Source of the DNA: Candidatus Saccharimonadota bacterium
GTDB taxonomy: Bacteria > Patescibacteriota > Gracilibacteria > UBA4473
Assembly: GCA_965228485.1 (NCBI GenBank)
Contig: OZ245819.1
Location: 840,001 to 872,000 of the forward strand
Length of the DNA: 32,000 nucleotides
Reading direction: 5' to 3'
Shown here: piece after piece, positions 8,666 through 17,253 of the stretch
Layout of the letters: every line of letters begins with the position of its first letter
Numbering within the stretch: position 1 is the first letter of the stretch
The notes under the pieces: generated by a model
Database searches by the model: none
What the model saw: the letters and a program-made list of their open reading frames with translations, nothing else
What the model was told of the DNA's origin: nothing
Translations under genes and position numbers: made by a program

Positions 8666-9675
8666 AAGGGTAAACGAGGACTTGCTTCCACTAAAGAAGG
8701 CTTAAATGAAACTTTTTTGTTTTTGTATAGAAAATACGCCGCAGCCCCTATCATGGCCGCGTTATCGGTTGAATATTCTAATTTTTTAGGCGTTAAAAAA
8801 TTTATGCCAATAGGCTGCAAGAATGCTTCAAGCTCTTTTTTTATAAAGGTATTTGCTGAAACCCCCCCCACAAAGGCGACTGTTTTTATTTCTGGATATT
8901 TTTCTAATGCAATACGAAGCCTTTTAACGAATATTCTTGCCATTGTATGCTGAAAGCTCGCGCAAATATCATTAATAAATAGGTCAGAAATTTCTCCTTC
9001 TTTGTCTATTAAGCGCCGGACAGCAGCTTTTACCCCAGAAAACGAGAATTCTAGTGAGTCTTTTCCAAGATTTGGTATCGGTAGTGGGAATTTTTTTATA
9101 TCTCCTTCTAACGCTTTCTTAGATACAATTGGCCCCCCTGGATAACCCAGCCCCAACATTTTAGCAACTTTATCAAAAGCCTCTCCCGCAGCATCGTCGC
9201 GAGTTTTTCCAATACAAGTACTCTGTGTTGGGCCGGTTGAATAATAAATCTCAGTATGCCCTCCTGAAACAGTAAAAGTTAACACTGGGAATATAATATT
9301 ATCAATTTCTCGCTCTAAAAATATAGAAGAAATATGACCATAAATATGCTGAACCGGAATCAGCGGTTTGTTATAAAAATAAGACAAAAAGCTCGCCGCA
9401 GTGGTTCCGGTTAACAAAGAAGTTTGAAGTCCAGGGCCCTGAGTACAGGCTATAGCGTCTATATCCTTCATGCTGAGACTCGCTTCTTTTAAAGCCCTTC
9501 CTAATACCGGCTCCCAATTCTCCGCATGCAGTCGAGCTGCAATTTCAGGTACTACGCCACCCCACTCAGAATGAGCAACCTGAGAAACACGAACTGAAGA
9601 AAGCACCGTTACTCCATCTTCAACCACGGCTATGGCCGTGTCATCACAGGAGGTTTCAAAAGCTAAAATTTTCAT
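8662..9675 (-). CDS. tsaD: tRNA N6-adenosine threonylcarbamoyltransferase
   Basis: ILAFETSCDDTAIAV N-terminus, HIxGH-type motif (QHIYGHI), GGVSAN near the C-terminus. Confidence 0.9.
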   Translation of the reverse strand: MKILAFETSCDDTAIAVVEDGVTVLSSVRVSQVAHSEWGGVVPEIAARLHAENWEPVLGRALKEASLSMKDIDAIACTQGPGLQTSLLTGTTAASFLSYFYNKPLIPVQHIYGHISSIFLEREIDNIIFPVLTFTVSGGHTEIYYSTGPTQSTCIGKTRDDAAGEAFDKVAKMLGLGYPGGPIVSKKALEGDIKKFPLPIPNLGKDSLEFSFSGVKAAVRRLIDKEGEISDLFINDICASFQHTMARIFVKRLRIALEKYPEIKTVAFVGGVSANTFIKKELEAFLQPIGINFLTPKKLEYSTDNAAMIGAAAYFLYKNKKVSFKPSLVEASPRLPF

Positions 9676-9762
9676 ACTCTTAGAGTGTATTTATTTTAAA
9701 ATTTAATACGAATCTCGAAATATATTGTTTACTTAAAAAATAAAATAAATATTTTGCAATAA

Positions 9763-10239
9763 ATGAATTTAAAAGCACTCTCTCTTATTTCCCTTCTCAG
9801 CATAACCCAACCAGCTATAGCAGAAGAAAGAAAGGCATTTGTTGATCTTGAGAGAATTGAAAATCTACTAAATCAATTAGAAGCTGAAGTTTTACAGCGA
9901 TCATCTCGGGTTTTACAACAGTGCGGGTTTACCCTTACCGCAGGAAGGCGGGCTCGTTCTGGAGATTCTCACAGAGTTTTTGATCTGGTCTTTAATTGCA
10001 AATTACCAGTAGATACTCAAGTCTCTATAGCAGTTGCTGAAACCCTTAAAGATGTTTTCATAAACTCCTCTGCTATTCCAATGTTACAAAGCTTTGATAA
10101 TGATCTTGGTGGGGAAACCTGCTTCAGGGTTAACCTAAAACACTCAGCAAATCCTACTAACTATCAAAGCTCAAAAAAATTCCAACTATTGGACTGCGTC
10201 GAAGACATTGAATCCTCTAGAGCGAGAATTAGGCTTTAA
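9763..10239 (+). CDS. Hypothetical secreted protein (4 Cys)
   Basis: Signal peptide MNLKALSLISLLSITQPAIA followed by EERK. No recognisable domain. Confidence 0.4.
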   Translation: MNLKALSLISLLSITQPAIAEERKAFVDLERIENLLNQLEAEVLQRSSRVLQQCGFTLTAGRRARSGDSHRVFDLVFNCKLPVDTQVSIAVAETLKDVFINSSAIPMLQSFDNDLGGETCFRVNLKHSANPTNYQSSKKFQLLDCVEDIESSRARIRL

Positions 10240-12167
10240 ACCACAACCTCCACTAGAGTCTCTTTTTTAAATTTCTGTAAAAGGATTCTTTCTGCAATTT
10301 GTGAAAGCGGTTTTTCTAAAGCTTTCTCTGGCCTTGCTGGATCATAGTTACGCGTCCATACATCTCTCATTTCCTTTTCTAGAAGCTTGAAAATTTCATG
10401 TTCAGCATTCATGTATAAGAACCCTCGAGTTCTAAAATTAATTGATTTTATTGTTCCTTTACTATGAACTACAAACGCCATAAGAACTCCATATTCGGAC
10501 ATTTTTTGTCGATCTTCTAAAACTTTATCCTGAACTTTTTCCCCAAGTTGAACCAGCACATACTTTTCTGGAAGCGCTTCTTTCTCGGTCATAAGACGAA
10601 CTCCAGATGCATCCAACTGAATTCCTCTACCATTTTTCATGATAAAGGCTTTTTCTGGATTGAAACCTAAATCTCTTACAATCAAATTTCTGTGTTCATG
10701 TCGCATAAAAACTTCCCCGTGGATAGGAACAAAGTACTTTGGATTCAACAATTGGCACATAAGCTTACATTCTTCCGCATTTCCATGCCCAGAAACATGG
10801 GTATTCATCGCCTTGTGATCGATAACTGAACAACCAATATCTGCGAGATTGTTAAGTACTGAAACCACCGCCGTTTCATTTCCTGGAATTGGAGATGAAG
10901 CAAAAATGATCGTGTCATCATGCCTTAACTTAACCTTTGGATGAATGCCTGCGGCCATTCGTGTAAGTGCCGCTAAAGATTCTCCTTGAGAGCCTGTCGA
11001 TAGAATCATCACTTTTCTTGGATCCATTTTATCGGCTTTTTGATTCATAATTTGGAGAGTGTCGTCCTTACACTTTAGGTAATTAAGTTTTCGAGCGACC
11101 GCAATATTTCTTTCCATAGACCGGCCAGATAAAAAGACCGTTCTTCCCGCTTTTTCTGCCGCTTCAACAACTTTTGCAATCCTCCCAATATTTGAGGCAA
11201 ATGTCGCCATAACAATTCTTCCTGGAGTCTTCTGAATAACCTTGGCAAGGTCTTCAGCAATAACCCTTTCTGAAACAGTTTGTCCAGGCTTTCCGGCATT
11301 TGTAGAATCTGACATCGCCACATAGACTCCTTTACGACCAATATCTGCAATTCTCCCAAGATCTGCTGGTTGATCATCGGCTGGATTAAAATCTATTTTA
11401 AAATCAGACGTATGGACAACCGCCCCATAAGGAGTATTAACTACAATCCCAACACTATCAGGAATCGAATGGTTCACATGAAAAAATTCCACGTCAAACT
11501 TTCCAAGTTTAATTTTTGATTTTGGAGTAATTTCCGTGACTTTTATCCGCTTCGTATCCAGGCGTTCGTCACAAGTAAGCAACAAAAGTTCTTTCGTTAA
11601 TCTTGTTGCATAAACTGGAGGAAAACCAAGTTCTTCCAATAGATATGGAGCTCCTCCAATATGATCCATATGCCCATGGGTATAGAATATACCTCGAATT
11701 TTTTTCTTATTTTTTACGAGATAAGAAATATCTGGAACGAGCGCATCAACGCCCATATGTTCTGGATCTGGGAAAACTAGTCCTGTATCGATGATGATAA
11801 TATCATTTTCCCACTCAAGGAACATCATATTCATCCCCACTTGCTCCATTCCTCCAATGGGGACAATCCTAATTTTGGGTTTTTCCTTTGGCTTAATGAA
11901 ATTTGTAGGATGAAATTTTTCTCTTTTTTCTGCCGTTGGACGATGGTAAGTTGGATCATTATTTGTTACTGGACCATTAAAATTTGGTCTCTTCCCTCTT
12001 TTTGATCCATTCCCTCCTTTTCCTTTTACAGAAGGTTTTTTATCCGTAGCCTTTTTGGTTTTATTAACTTTTTTTGGAGTTGATTTTTCAGTTTTTTCTG
12101 AATCTGAATTTTTCTTTCCTATTAGCCCACTCCCTTCCAACCAAACGCTTAAACTATCTTTTGCCAT
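10236..12167 (-). CDS. rnj: Ribonuclease J (beta-CASP metallo-beta-lactamase) with a basic N-terminal extension
   Basis: IRIVPIGGMEQVGMNM, HGHMDHIGG (HxHxDH), and beta-CASP and C-terminal domains spanning about 560 aa. The track ORF starts at a TTG at 12236; the ATG at 12167 (MAKDSL...) is more plausible. Confidence 0.85.
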   Translation of the reverse strand: MAKDSLSVWLEGSGLIGKKNSDSEKTEKSTPKKVNKTKKATDKKPSVKGKGGNGSKRGKRPNFNGPVTNNDPTYHRPTAEKREKFHPTNFIKPKEKPKIRIVPIGGMEQVGMNMMFLEWENDIIIIDTGLVFPDPEHMGVDALVPDISYLVKNKKKIRGIFYTHGHMDHIGGAPYLLEELGFPPVYATRLTKELLLLTCDERLDTKRIKVTEITPKSKIKLGKFDVEFFHVNHSIPDSVGIVVNTPYGAVVHTSDFKIDFNPADDQPADLGRIADIGRKGVYVAMSDSTNAGKPGQTVSERVIAEDLAKVIQKTPGRIVMATFASNIGRIAKVVEAAEKAGRTVFLSGRSMERNIAVARKLNYLKCKDDTLQIMNQKADKMDPRKVMILSTGSQGESLAALTRMAAGIHPKVKLRHDDTIIFASSPIPGNETAVVSVLNNLADIGCSVIDHKAMNTHVSGHGNAEECKLMCQLLNPKYFVPIHGEVFMRHEHRNLIVRDLGFNPEKAFIMKNGRGIQLDASGVRLMTEKEALPEKYVLVQLGEKVQDKVLEDRQKMSEYGVLMAFVVHSKGTIKSINFRTRGFLYMNAEHEIFKLLEKEMRDVWTRNYDPARPEKALEKPLSQIAERILLQKFKKETLVEVVV

Positions 12168-12393
12168 AACAATTAAATTAAAATATACAAAGGTCTTCTC
12201 ACTTTGTGACAAATACATGCAAATCACCCAATCCAAGACACAAATATCCTGCAGTGATGATAAAATTTATTACAAAACGGAAGCTCAAAGATCGATAAAT
12301 TTTGTGTGATTCACCGAGTGGAGTTTGCTCTCACTTCAAATGAATCCAAAGAATAATCCCATGAAGTTTATAGGAAAATGCCTTAAAAGTCAA

Positions 12394-12633
12394 TTATGAT
12401 AACTTTCCAGCCGCTTCCAGCGCTTGAAGTTCGCTATAACCCCCAATAAATTTTTCATCTAAAAAAATCATTGGAACCGTTCTATATCCTCCCACAGAAT
12501 CTGAAATTTTTTGACGAAGTTCTAGATCGCTAGAGACATCAAGGTCTTTAAATTCTATGTCATGAGCCGTTAAAATCTCTTTGGCTCTGATACAAAAGGG
12601 ACAGATTGGTTTTGTATAAATTAGTGCTTTCAT
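12394..12633 (-). CDS. Glutaredoxin
   Basis: 79 aa with the CPFC active site, TVPMIF and IGGYSEL motifs. Confidence 0.8.
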   Translation of the reverse strand: MKALIYTKPICPFCIRAKEILTAHDIEFKDLDVSSDLELRQKISDSVGGYRTVPMIFLDEKFIGGYSELQALEAAGKLS

Positions 12634-12636
12634 CCC

Positions 12637-13632
12637 TTAAAGTTTTTCAGCAAGTTCAACAAGACGGCATGAATATCCCCATTCATTATCATACCAAGAA
12701 AGAACCTTAACAAGGTCTCCCATCACATAAGTCGAATCTGCATCAAAAATAGAGCTTCTCGAGTCTTGTTTGAAGTCCATAGAAACTAGTGGCTTGTCAG
12801 AATATCCCAAGATATGTGGATTCTTGTCACTTGCGGCCTTAACTGCGGCATTAACTTCTTCTACTGTGGCTGATTTTTCAACCTTGATCGTTAGATCTAC
12901 AAGAGACACTGTTGGAGTTGGAACTCGAACAGCCATTCCTGTAAGCTTTCCTTTTAGTTCAGGAAGTACTAGTGCCACAGCTTTGGCTGCTCCCGTACTT
13001 GTTGGAACCATGTTAAGAGCTGCTGCTCGTCCTCGACGTAAATCTTTGCCCCCTAAATCAAGTACTGGTTGGCTTGTCGTGTAAGAATGAATTGTGGTCA
13101 TAAGTCCTGATTCAATACCGAATTCATCATTAAGAACTTTAGCGACAGGAGCTAAACAGTTCGTTGTACATGAAGCATTTGAAATTAAAGTTTCATCTCC
13201 TCTAATCTGATCGCAATTAGCTCCAATTACATACGTATCAAACCCATCCCCTTTAGCTGGAGCTGAAATCACAACTTTCTTTGCTCCTTGATCTAAGTGT
13301 AGAGAAGCTCCTTCTTTTTTCCGAAAAACCCCCGTACACTCGAGTACAATATCAATACCAAGATCCCCCCAGGGAAGCTCTGAAATTTCTCGAGTAGTGA
13401 ACTTTTGAATCTCTTTTCCGTCGATCACAAGTGTGTCTTCGCCCTCTGGCTCTACTGTTCCCGGGTATCGACCAAAATTTGAGTCATAGGCGAAGAGTAG
13501 TGCGCTATGCTCGATTGGTGAGGGATCATTAATTGCCACCAATTCCAAGGTGTCTTTATGATCTTGCATAATAATGCGGGCAGCCGATCGTCCGATTCGA
13601 CCAAATCCATTAATGGCAACTCGTTTTTTCAT
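12637..13632 (-). CDS. gap: Glyceraldehyde-3-phosphate dehydrogenase
   Basis: NGFGRIGR, SNASCTTNCLAP, WYDNEWGYS. Confidence 0.95.
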   Translation of the reverse strand: MKKRVAINGFGRIGRSAARIIMQDHKDTLELVAINDPSPIEHSALLFAYDSNFGRYPGTVEPEGEDTLVIDGKEIQKFTTREISELPWGDLGIDIVLECTGVFRKKEGASLHLDQGAKKVVISAPAKGDGFDTYVIGANCDQIRGDETLISNASCTTNCLAPVAKVLNDEFGIESGLMTTIHSYTTSQPVLDLGGKDLRRGRAAALNMVPTSTGAAKAVALVLPELKGKLTGMAVRVPTPTVSLVDLTIKVEKSATVEEVNAAVKAASDKNPHILGYSDKPLVSMDFKQDSRSSIFDADSTYVMGDLVKVLSWYDNEWGYSCRLVELAEKL

Positions 13633-13726
13633 GTGAATGATAAATTTTAAAAATCGTCGGTATTATACTTATTTTCAGGTTAGAGTTCTAAATTTTATCT
13701 AGACTTTTTTCCCCCAGAATAAAATT

Positions 13727-13755
13727 TTGACATTTATAACGATCAAAACTAATCT
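13727..13755 (+). promoter_or_regulatory. Candidate sigma-70-type promoter for the thrS leader
   Basis: TTGACA (13727-13732), 17-nt spacer, TAATCT (13750-13755). The predicted TSS near 13761-13763 sits only a few nt before the leader ATG at 13765. Confidence 0.45.
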
Positions 13756-13764
13756 CCAACTTGA

Positions 13765-13812
13765 ATGTTCACTGCATCAACAACACAGACCACAACGACC
13801 ACACCAGTTTAA
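13765..13812 (+). CDS. Thr-rich leader peptide (15 codons) of thrS
   Basis: ATG TTC ACT GCA TCA ACA ACA CAG ACC ACA ACG ACC ACA CCA GTT TAA encodes MFTASTTQTTTTTPV. That is 8 of 15 codons Thr, with 5 consecutive (13789-13803). The stop codon abuts the antiterminator strand. Confidence 0.6.
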   Translation: MFTASTTQTTTTTPV

Positions 13813-13841
13813 CTGGAGGTTTGTGAAGTAACATATTACAA

Positions 13842-13874
13842 TCTCCAGGACAAAAACAACTGGAGAATTTTTTT
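13842..13874 (+). terminator. Intrinsic terminator (attenuator) in the thrS leader
   Basis: Perfect 7-bp stem TCTCCAG (13842-13848) / CTGGAGA (13860-13866), 11-nt loop, then A plus T7 (13868-13874), 13 nt before the thrS ATG. The upstream copy of AACTGGAG (13811-13818) can pair with the same CTCCAG strand as an alternative antiterminator. Confidence 0.65.
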
Positions 13875-13886
13875 AATAAAAATCTT

Positions 13887-15644
13887 ATGAAAAACGACAA
13901 TATCACTCTTGAAGAAAAACGAAGACATACAGCTTCTCACATACTCTCGTATGCAGTTGGAATGGTATTTGGAAAAGAAATTAAAAGGGGTGTTGGACCT
14001 TGGACGAGCGAAGGATATTATCAAGATTTTGATTTTGAAGAATTAGAAGTCTCTGATAAGGACTTCAAAAAAATTGAGAAAAAGATGCGCTGGATTGTTA
14101 ATAAAAATTTTAAGGTAGAGCGTGTCGAAAAAACTCCTGAAGAAGCTCGAAATTACTTTGAGCACGATGAGTACAAATTGGAATTGATTAATGAAATTGT
14201 TGAAAGGGGAGAAGCGCTTACCTTTCATAATTTTGTGAATGATGAAGGAGTACATGTTTACCAAGATTTGTGTGCTGGTGGACATCTGGCTTCAACTGGA
14301 GAAATTGGTGTTTTTCGCATCACAAAACTAGCAGGCGCTTACTGGAGAGGGGACGCTGAAAACGCTATGATGACTCGAATCTACGGAGTTGCTTTTGAGA
14401 ACGAGGAAAAACTAAAAGCCTACGAAGAACTTCTCGCAGAAGCCGCAAAAAGAGACCACCGAAAACTCGGGGCTGAGCTTGATCTTTTCACTTTTTCGGA
14501 AAAAGTTGGATCAGGACTACCTCTTTTTACCCCAAAGGGAACTTTTTTGAGAAATAAGGTTGAAGAAACTATTATGGACATTCAGTCTAAATATGGATTT
14601 GAGAAGGTTCACATTCCACACATTACCAAAAAAGATCTTTATGAGACCTCTGGTCATTGGGACAAGTTTAAAGATGACCTATTTCATGTACACGGGAAGG
14701 GAGAAACAGCCTTTGTAATGAAGCCAATGAACTGTCCTCACCATACACAAATCTATGCTTCTAAAATGAGGTCTTATCGAGACCTCCCTATTCGATACGC
14801 AGAAACTACAACTTGCTACCGAGATGAACTTCCAGGTGAACTACTCGGCCTTTCTCGAGTTAGGTCTCTTACTCAGGATGATGGACACACTTTTTGTCGG
14901 ATTAATCAGGTTGGAGATGAGGTTCGATCACTGGTTAAAGTCATTAAAGAATTTTATACAAAGCTGGGAATGTTTAATGAAGGTGATTTTTGGGTCAGCT
15001 TGTCAGTGAGAGACCCTAAAACTCCTGAAAAATATCTTGGAGAAAAAGAAAACTGGGAAAAAGCAGAGGGATTTCTTGAAGGGGTGGCTGAATCTGAAGG
15101 GCTACCTTATAAACGAGTTGAAGGAGAGGCCGCATTTTATGGTCCAAAGCTTGATTTTCAATTTAAAGATGCCATTGGTCGTCAGTGGCAACTGGCCACA
15201 GTCCAAATAGATTTTGTGATGCCTGATCGTTTTGAACTCGAATACATAAATGAAGCAGGTCAAAAAGAACGTCCGGTAATGATTCACCGAGCTATTGCTG
15301 GATCATTGGAACGCTTCATGTCTGTGATCATTGAACATTTTGCTGGAGCTTTCCCTGCTTGGTTAGCGCCTGTCCAGGCTCACATATTGCCTGTTAACAC
15401 CGCTCATGAAGATTTCGCCTATGACCTGGCTAAAAAATTAAAGTCTCAAGGCGCTAGGATTGAAACCTATGAGACTAGTGAATCTCTAGGGAAAAGAATC
15501 CGTAATACTCAAAAAGGGAAAATTCCATTTGCCATTGTTATTGGAGATAAAGAAATGGAAACAGGTAATTTAACGGTTAGAGCTTACGGAGAGGATGAAG
15601 ATAAAAGTGTAGATATAGAAACCTTTCTAGAGTGGTTAAACTAA
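13887..15644 (+). CDS. thrS: Threonyl-tRNA synthetase (no N-terminal TGS domain)
   Basis: 585 aa. SAD/editing HTASH motif at the N-terminus, class II core (FVMKPMNCPHH, RVRSLTQDDGHTF, PVMIHRAIAGSLERF) and an anticodon-binding C-terminus. Confidence 0.95.
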   Translation: MKNDNITLEEKRRHTASHILSYAVGMVFGKEIKRGVGPWTSEGYYQDFDFEELEVSDKDFKKIEKKMRWIVNKNFKVERVEKTPEEARNYFEHDEYKLELINEIVERGEALTFHNFVNDEGVHVYQDLCAGGHLASTGEIGVFRITKLAGAYWRGDAENAMMTRIYGVAFENEEKLKAYEELLAEAAKRDHRKLGAELDLFTFSEKVGSGLPLFTPKGTFLRNKVEETIMDIQSKYGFEKVHIPHITKKDLYETSGHWDKFKDDLFHVHGKGETAFVMKPMNCPHHTQIYASKMRSYRDLPIRYAETTTCYRDELPGELLGLSRVRSLTQDDGHTFCRINQVGDEVRSLVKVIKEFYTKLGMFNEGDFWVSLSVRDPKTPEKYLGEKENWEKAEGFLEGVAESEGLPYKRVEGEAAFYGPKLDFQFKDAIGRQWQLATVQIDFVMPDRFELEYINEAGQKERPVMIHRAIAGSLERFMSVIIEHFAGAFPAWLAPVQAHILPVNTAHEDFAYDLAKKLKSQGARIETYETSESLGKRIRNTQKGKIPFAIVIGDKEMETGNLTVRAYGEDEDKSVDIETFLEWLN

Positions 15645-15645
15645 T

Positions 15646-16545
15646 ATGAAAGCTCATCTCGAAAATGGTTTTTTTTGGGCTGGACTTGCTGTCTTTGGGT
15701 TCTCTTTAGCTGTTATTTTTGGAAAGTTAGCCATTAACTCTCATCCTGGTATTTCTTTTTATAATGTAGCTTTGTGGGGTTGGACAAGCGGAATACTGGG
15801 AGCGACTCTTAGTTTTTACCTTCCTATTAGAACTCAAAGAGAAAGACTTATTCCTGAACTTAGGACCCATAAAAAATTTATCGCTCTTATTACTGCTCTC
15901 ACGGTTGGGAATGGATTACTTTGGTTCTGTGCTATGGAGCATCTCTCTGGGGGAGTTGTATCACTACTAGATCAAAACGCTTTTATTTGGTCCTTTGCTC
16001 TTGGAGTTTTATTTCTTGGAGAAAGATTTTCTCAAAAAGAAATATTCGCCATTTTGGTTATGATCTTAGGTCTCATAATTATCTCTGGTCTCAAAGGCGA
16101 GGTAACCTGGATCGGAGTATTGGCCTCTCTTGGTGCAGGATTTTTTATTGCCGTACAAAGTGTTGTGATGAAACGCTATAAAAATACATTTAACGCCCTC
16201 TCTCTGACATTTTGGAGAGCCTGGGGTCTCTGTGTAGCTACTTTTATTATTTTTGGCTTACAAGGGAAATTACAACTATCAGTCCCCCTGAATTTTTTCA
16301 TTCTTATTTTTATTAGCCAATATCTTGGACTTTTTATTGGTAGAGCCGCTTATATCAAAGCTCACGAATACCTTCCCATTGGACAATTGAGCTTTATGAT
16401 GCTCTTTATCCCTGTCATTGTTCTCAGTGGTGCGTTCTTATTTCTTCAAGAGGGCATCTCCGCTCAAAAGCTTACTGGATCTTTAATTATGCTTTTAGGC
16501 CTTTTTTGGTTTTTATATGAAAAAAGGCTTCTATCAAAAGACTAG
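15646..16545 (+). CDS. EamA/DMT-family transporter
   Basis: 299 aa, about 10 TM helices. Starts 2 nt after the thrS stop. Confidence 0.55.
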   Translation: MKAHLENGFFWAGLAVFGFSLAVIFGKLAINSHPGISFYNVALWGWTSGILGATLSFYLPIRTQRERLIPELRTHKKFIALITALTVGNGLLWFCAMEHLSGGVVSLLDQNAFIWSFALGVLFLGERFSQKEIFAILVMILGLIIISGLKGEVTWIGVLASLGAGFFIAVQSVVMKRYKNTFNALSLTFWRAWGLCVATFIIFGLQGKLQLSVPLNFFILIFISQYLGLFIGRAAYIKAHEYLPIGQLSFMMLFIPVIVLSGAFLFLQEGISAQKLTGSLIMLLGLFWFLYEKRLLSKD

Positions 16546-16580
16546 AAATTCAATTCTATTTTGCTTACAATCTGAGATAA

Positions 16581-16835
16581 ATGGAAATAAAAAACAAAAC
16601 CTATTCGGTAATGTCCCTAGTATCAATACTGGCTGGTTTTGTAATCGTTGCGTTTTATTTTAAAACTCCAAAGCTAAGCCCTGAAGCGTTAATGGGACAA
16701 ATTCCCAAAGTAGAATCTCACGCTCCTATAGAAAATATTGTTACCGATGAACTAGATGACCTGCTGGAAGTAGAAGCATTCGACGAAGAAACCAATCTTA
16801 TTCTGGATGAAATTATTGATGATCTAGAAGGGTAG
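16581..16835 (+). CDS. Hypothetical small membrane protein with an acidic tail
   Basis: 84 aa. One TM helix (VMSLVSILAGFVIVAFYF) and a strongly acidic C-terminus (DELDDLLEVEAFDEETNLILDEIIDDLEG). No family recognised. Confidence 0.35.
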   Translation: MEIKNKTYSVMSLVSILAGFVIVAFYFKTPKLSPEALMGQIPKVESHAPIENIVTDELDDLLEVEAFDEETNLILDEIIDDLEG

Positions 16836-17129
16836 ATCTTCTGGGGCAAAATCATCTTCAACACTATTTTTTGGAGCTTCATCCGCTGTCCTTGAAGATG
16901 CTGAATCTGTATTTTGTTGATTATTTGGTTTCCAGGTATCTACTTCTAAGTAATGAGTCATCCCTCCTGCCGAGGGGCTTCTTCGTTCTTTGATGACGAT
17001 ATTTATCCAACCATTATCAAGGTTTTGTTGCATTTTTTCTATGTCATCAGCTGTAAGACTTAGTCTCATAAGGTCTCCAAACTGAGTCGTAATTTTTTTC
17101 GCGTTTCCTACATAAATTTTTTCTGACAT
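16824..17129 (-). CDS. Small hypothetical protein with an SSB-type acidic C-terminal tail (candidate non-canonical ssDNA-binding protein)
   Basis: 101 aa. A beta-rich N-terminal ~65 aa (KIYVGNAKKI, LMRLSL, WINIVIKERR, THYLEVDTWKP), a low-complexity polar linker, and the C-terminal DDFAPEDLPF, which resembles the bacterial SSB tail ending DDDIPF. Confidence 0.45.
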   Translation of the reverse strand: MSEKIYVGNAKKITTQFGDLMRLSLTADDIEKMQQNLDNGWINIVIKERRSPSAGGMTHYLEVDTWKPNNQQNTDSASSRTADEAPKNSVEDDFAPEDLPF

Positions 17130-17203
17130 ATTTTAGAATGGTAAATTTTTCCAGGTAAGTATAGAAAGTTGTCATATGAACGAAAGTCGAAAATAGTTAA
17201 TTA

Positions 17204-17236
17204 TAAAAAAACCGACCACTTGGCCGGTTTTTTTTG
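17204..17236 (-). terminator. Intrinsic terminator after rpsG (symmetric A-run/T-run, potentially bidirectional)
   Basis: AAAAAAAA-CCGACC-ACTT-GGCCGG-TTTTTTTT. GC-rich stem with one mismatch and a tetraloop, 18 nt downstream of the rpsG stop. Confidence 0.65.
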
Positions 17237-17253
17237 TTTCCGTAAGAAAATTC

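Noticed and set aside
12168-12393. Promoter TTGACT-15-TATAAA right after the grx stop, with an 8-codon mini-ORF (MGLFFGFI) in a long RNase J leader
   Set aside because: The 15-nt spacer is suboptimal. The mini-ORF has no regulatory logic I can tie to RNase J. The nearby bulged hairpin lacks a U-tract. The case is too weak to report as a feature.
13756-13886. T-box riboswitch as the thrS leader
   Set aside because: The leader is only about 120 nt. I cannot find the conserved T-box elements (AGAGA/GNUGGA-type stem I motifs or the 14-nt T-box sequence with GGUGGNACC). The ACC codons sit inside a translatable Thr-rich mini-ORF, so leader-peptide attenuation fits better.
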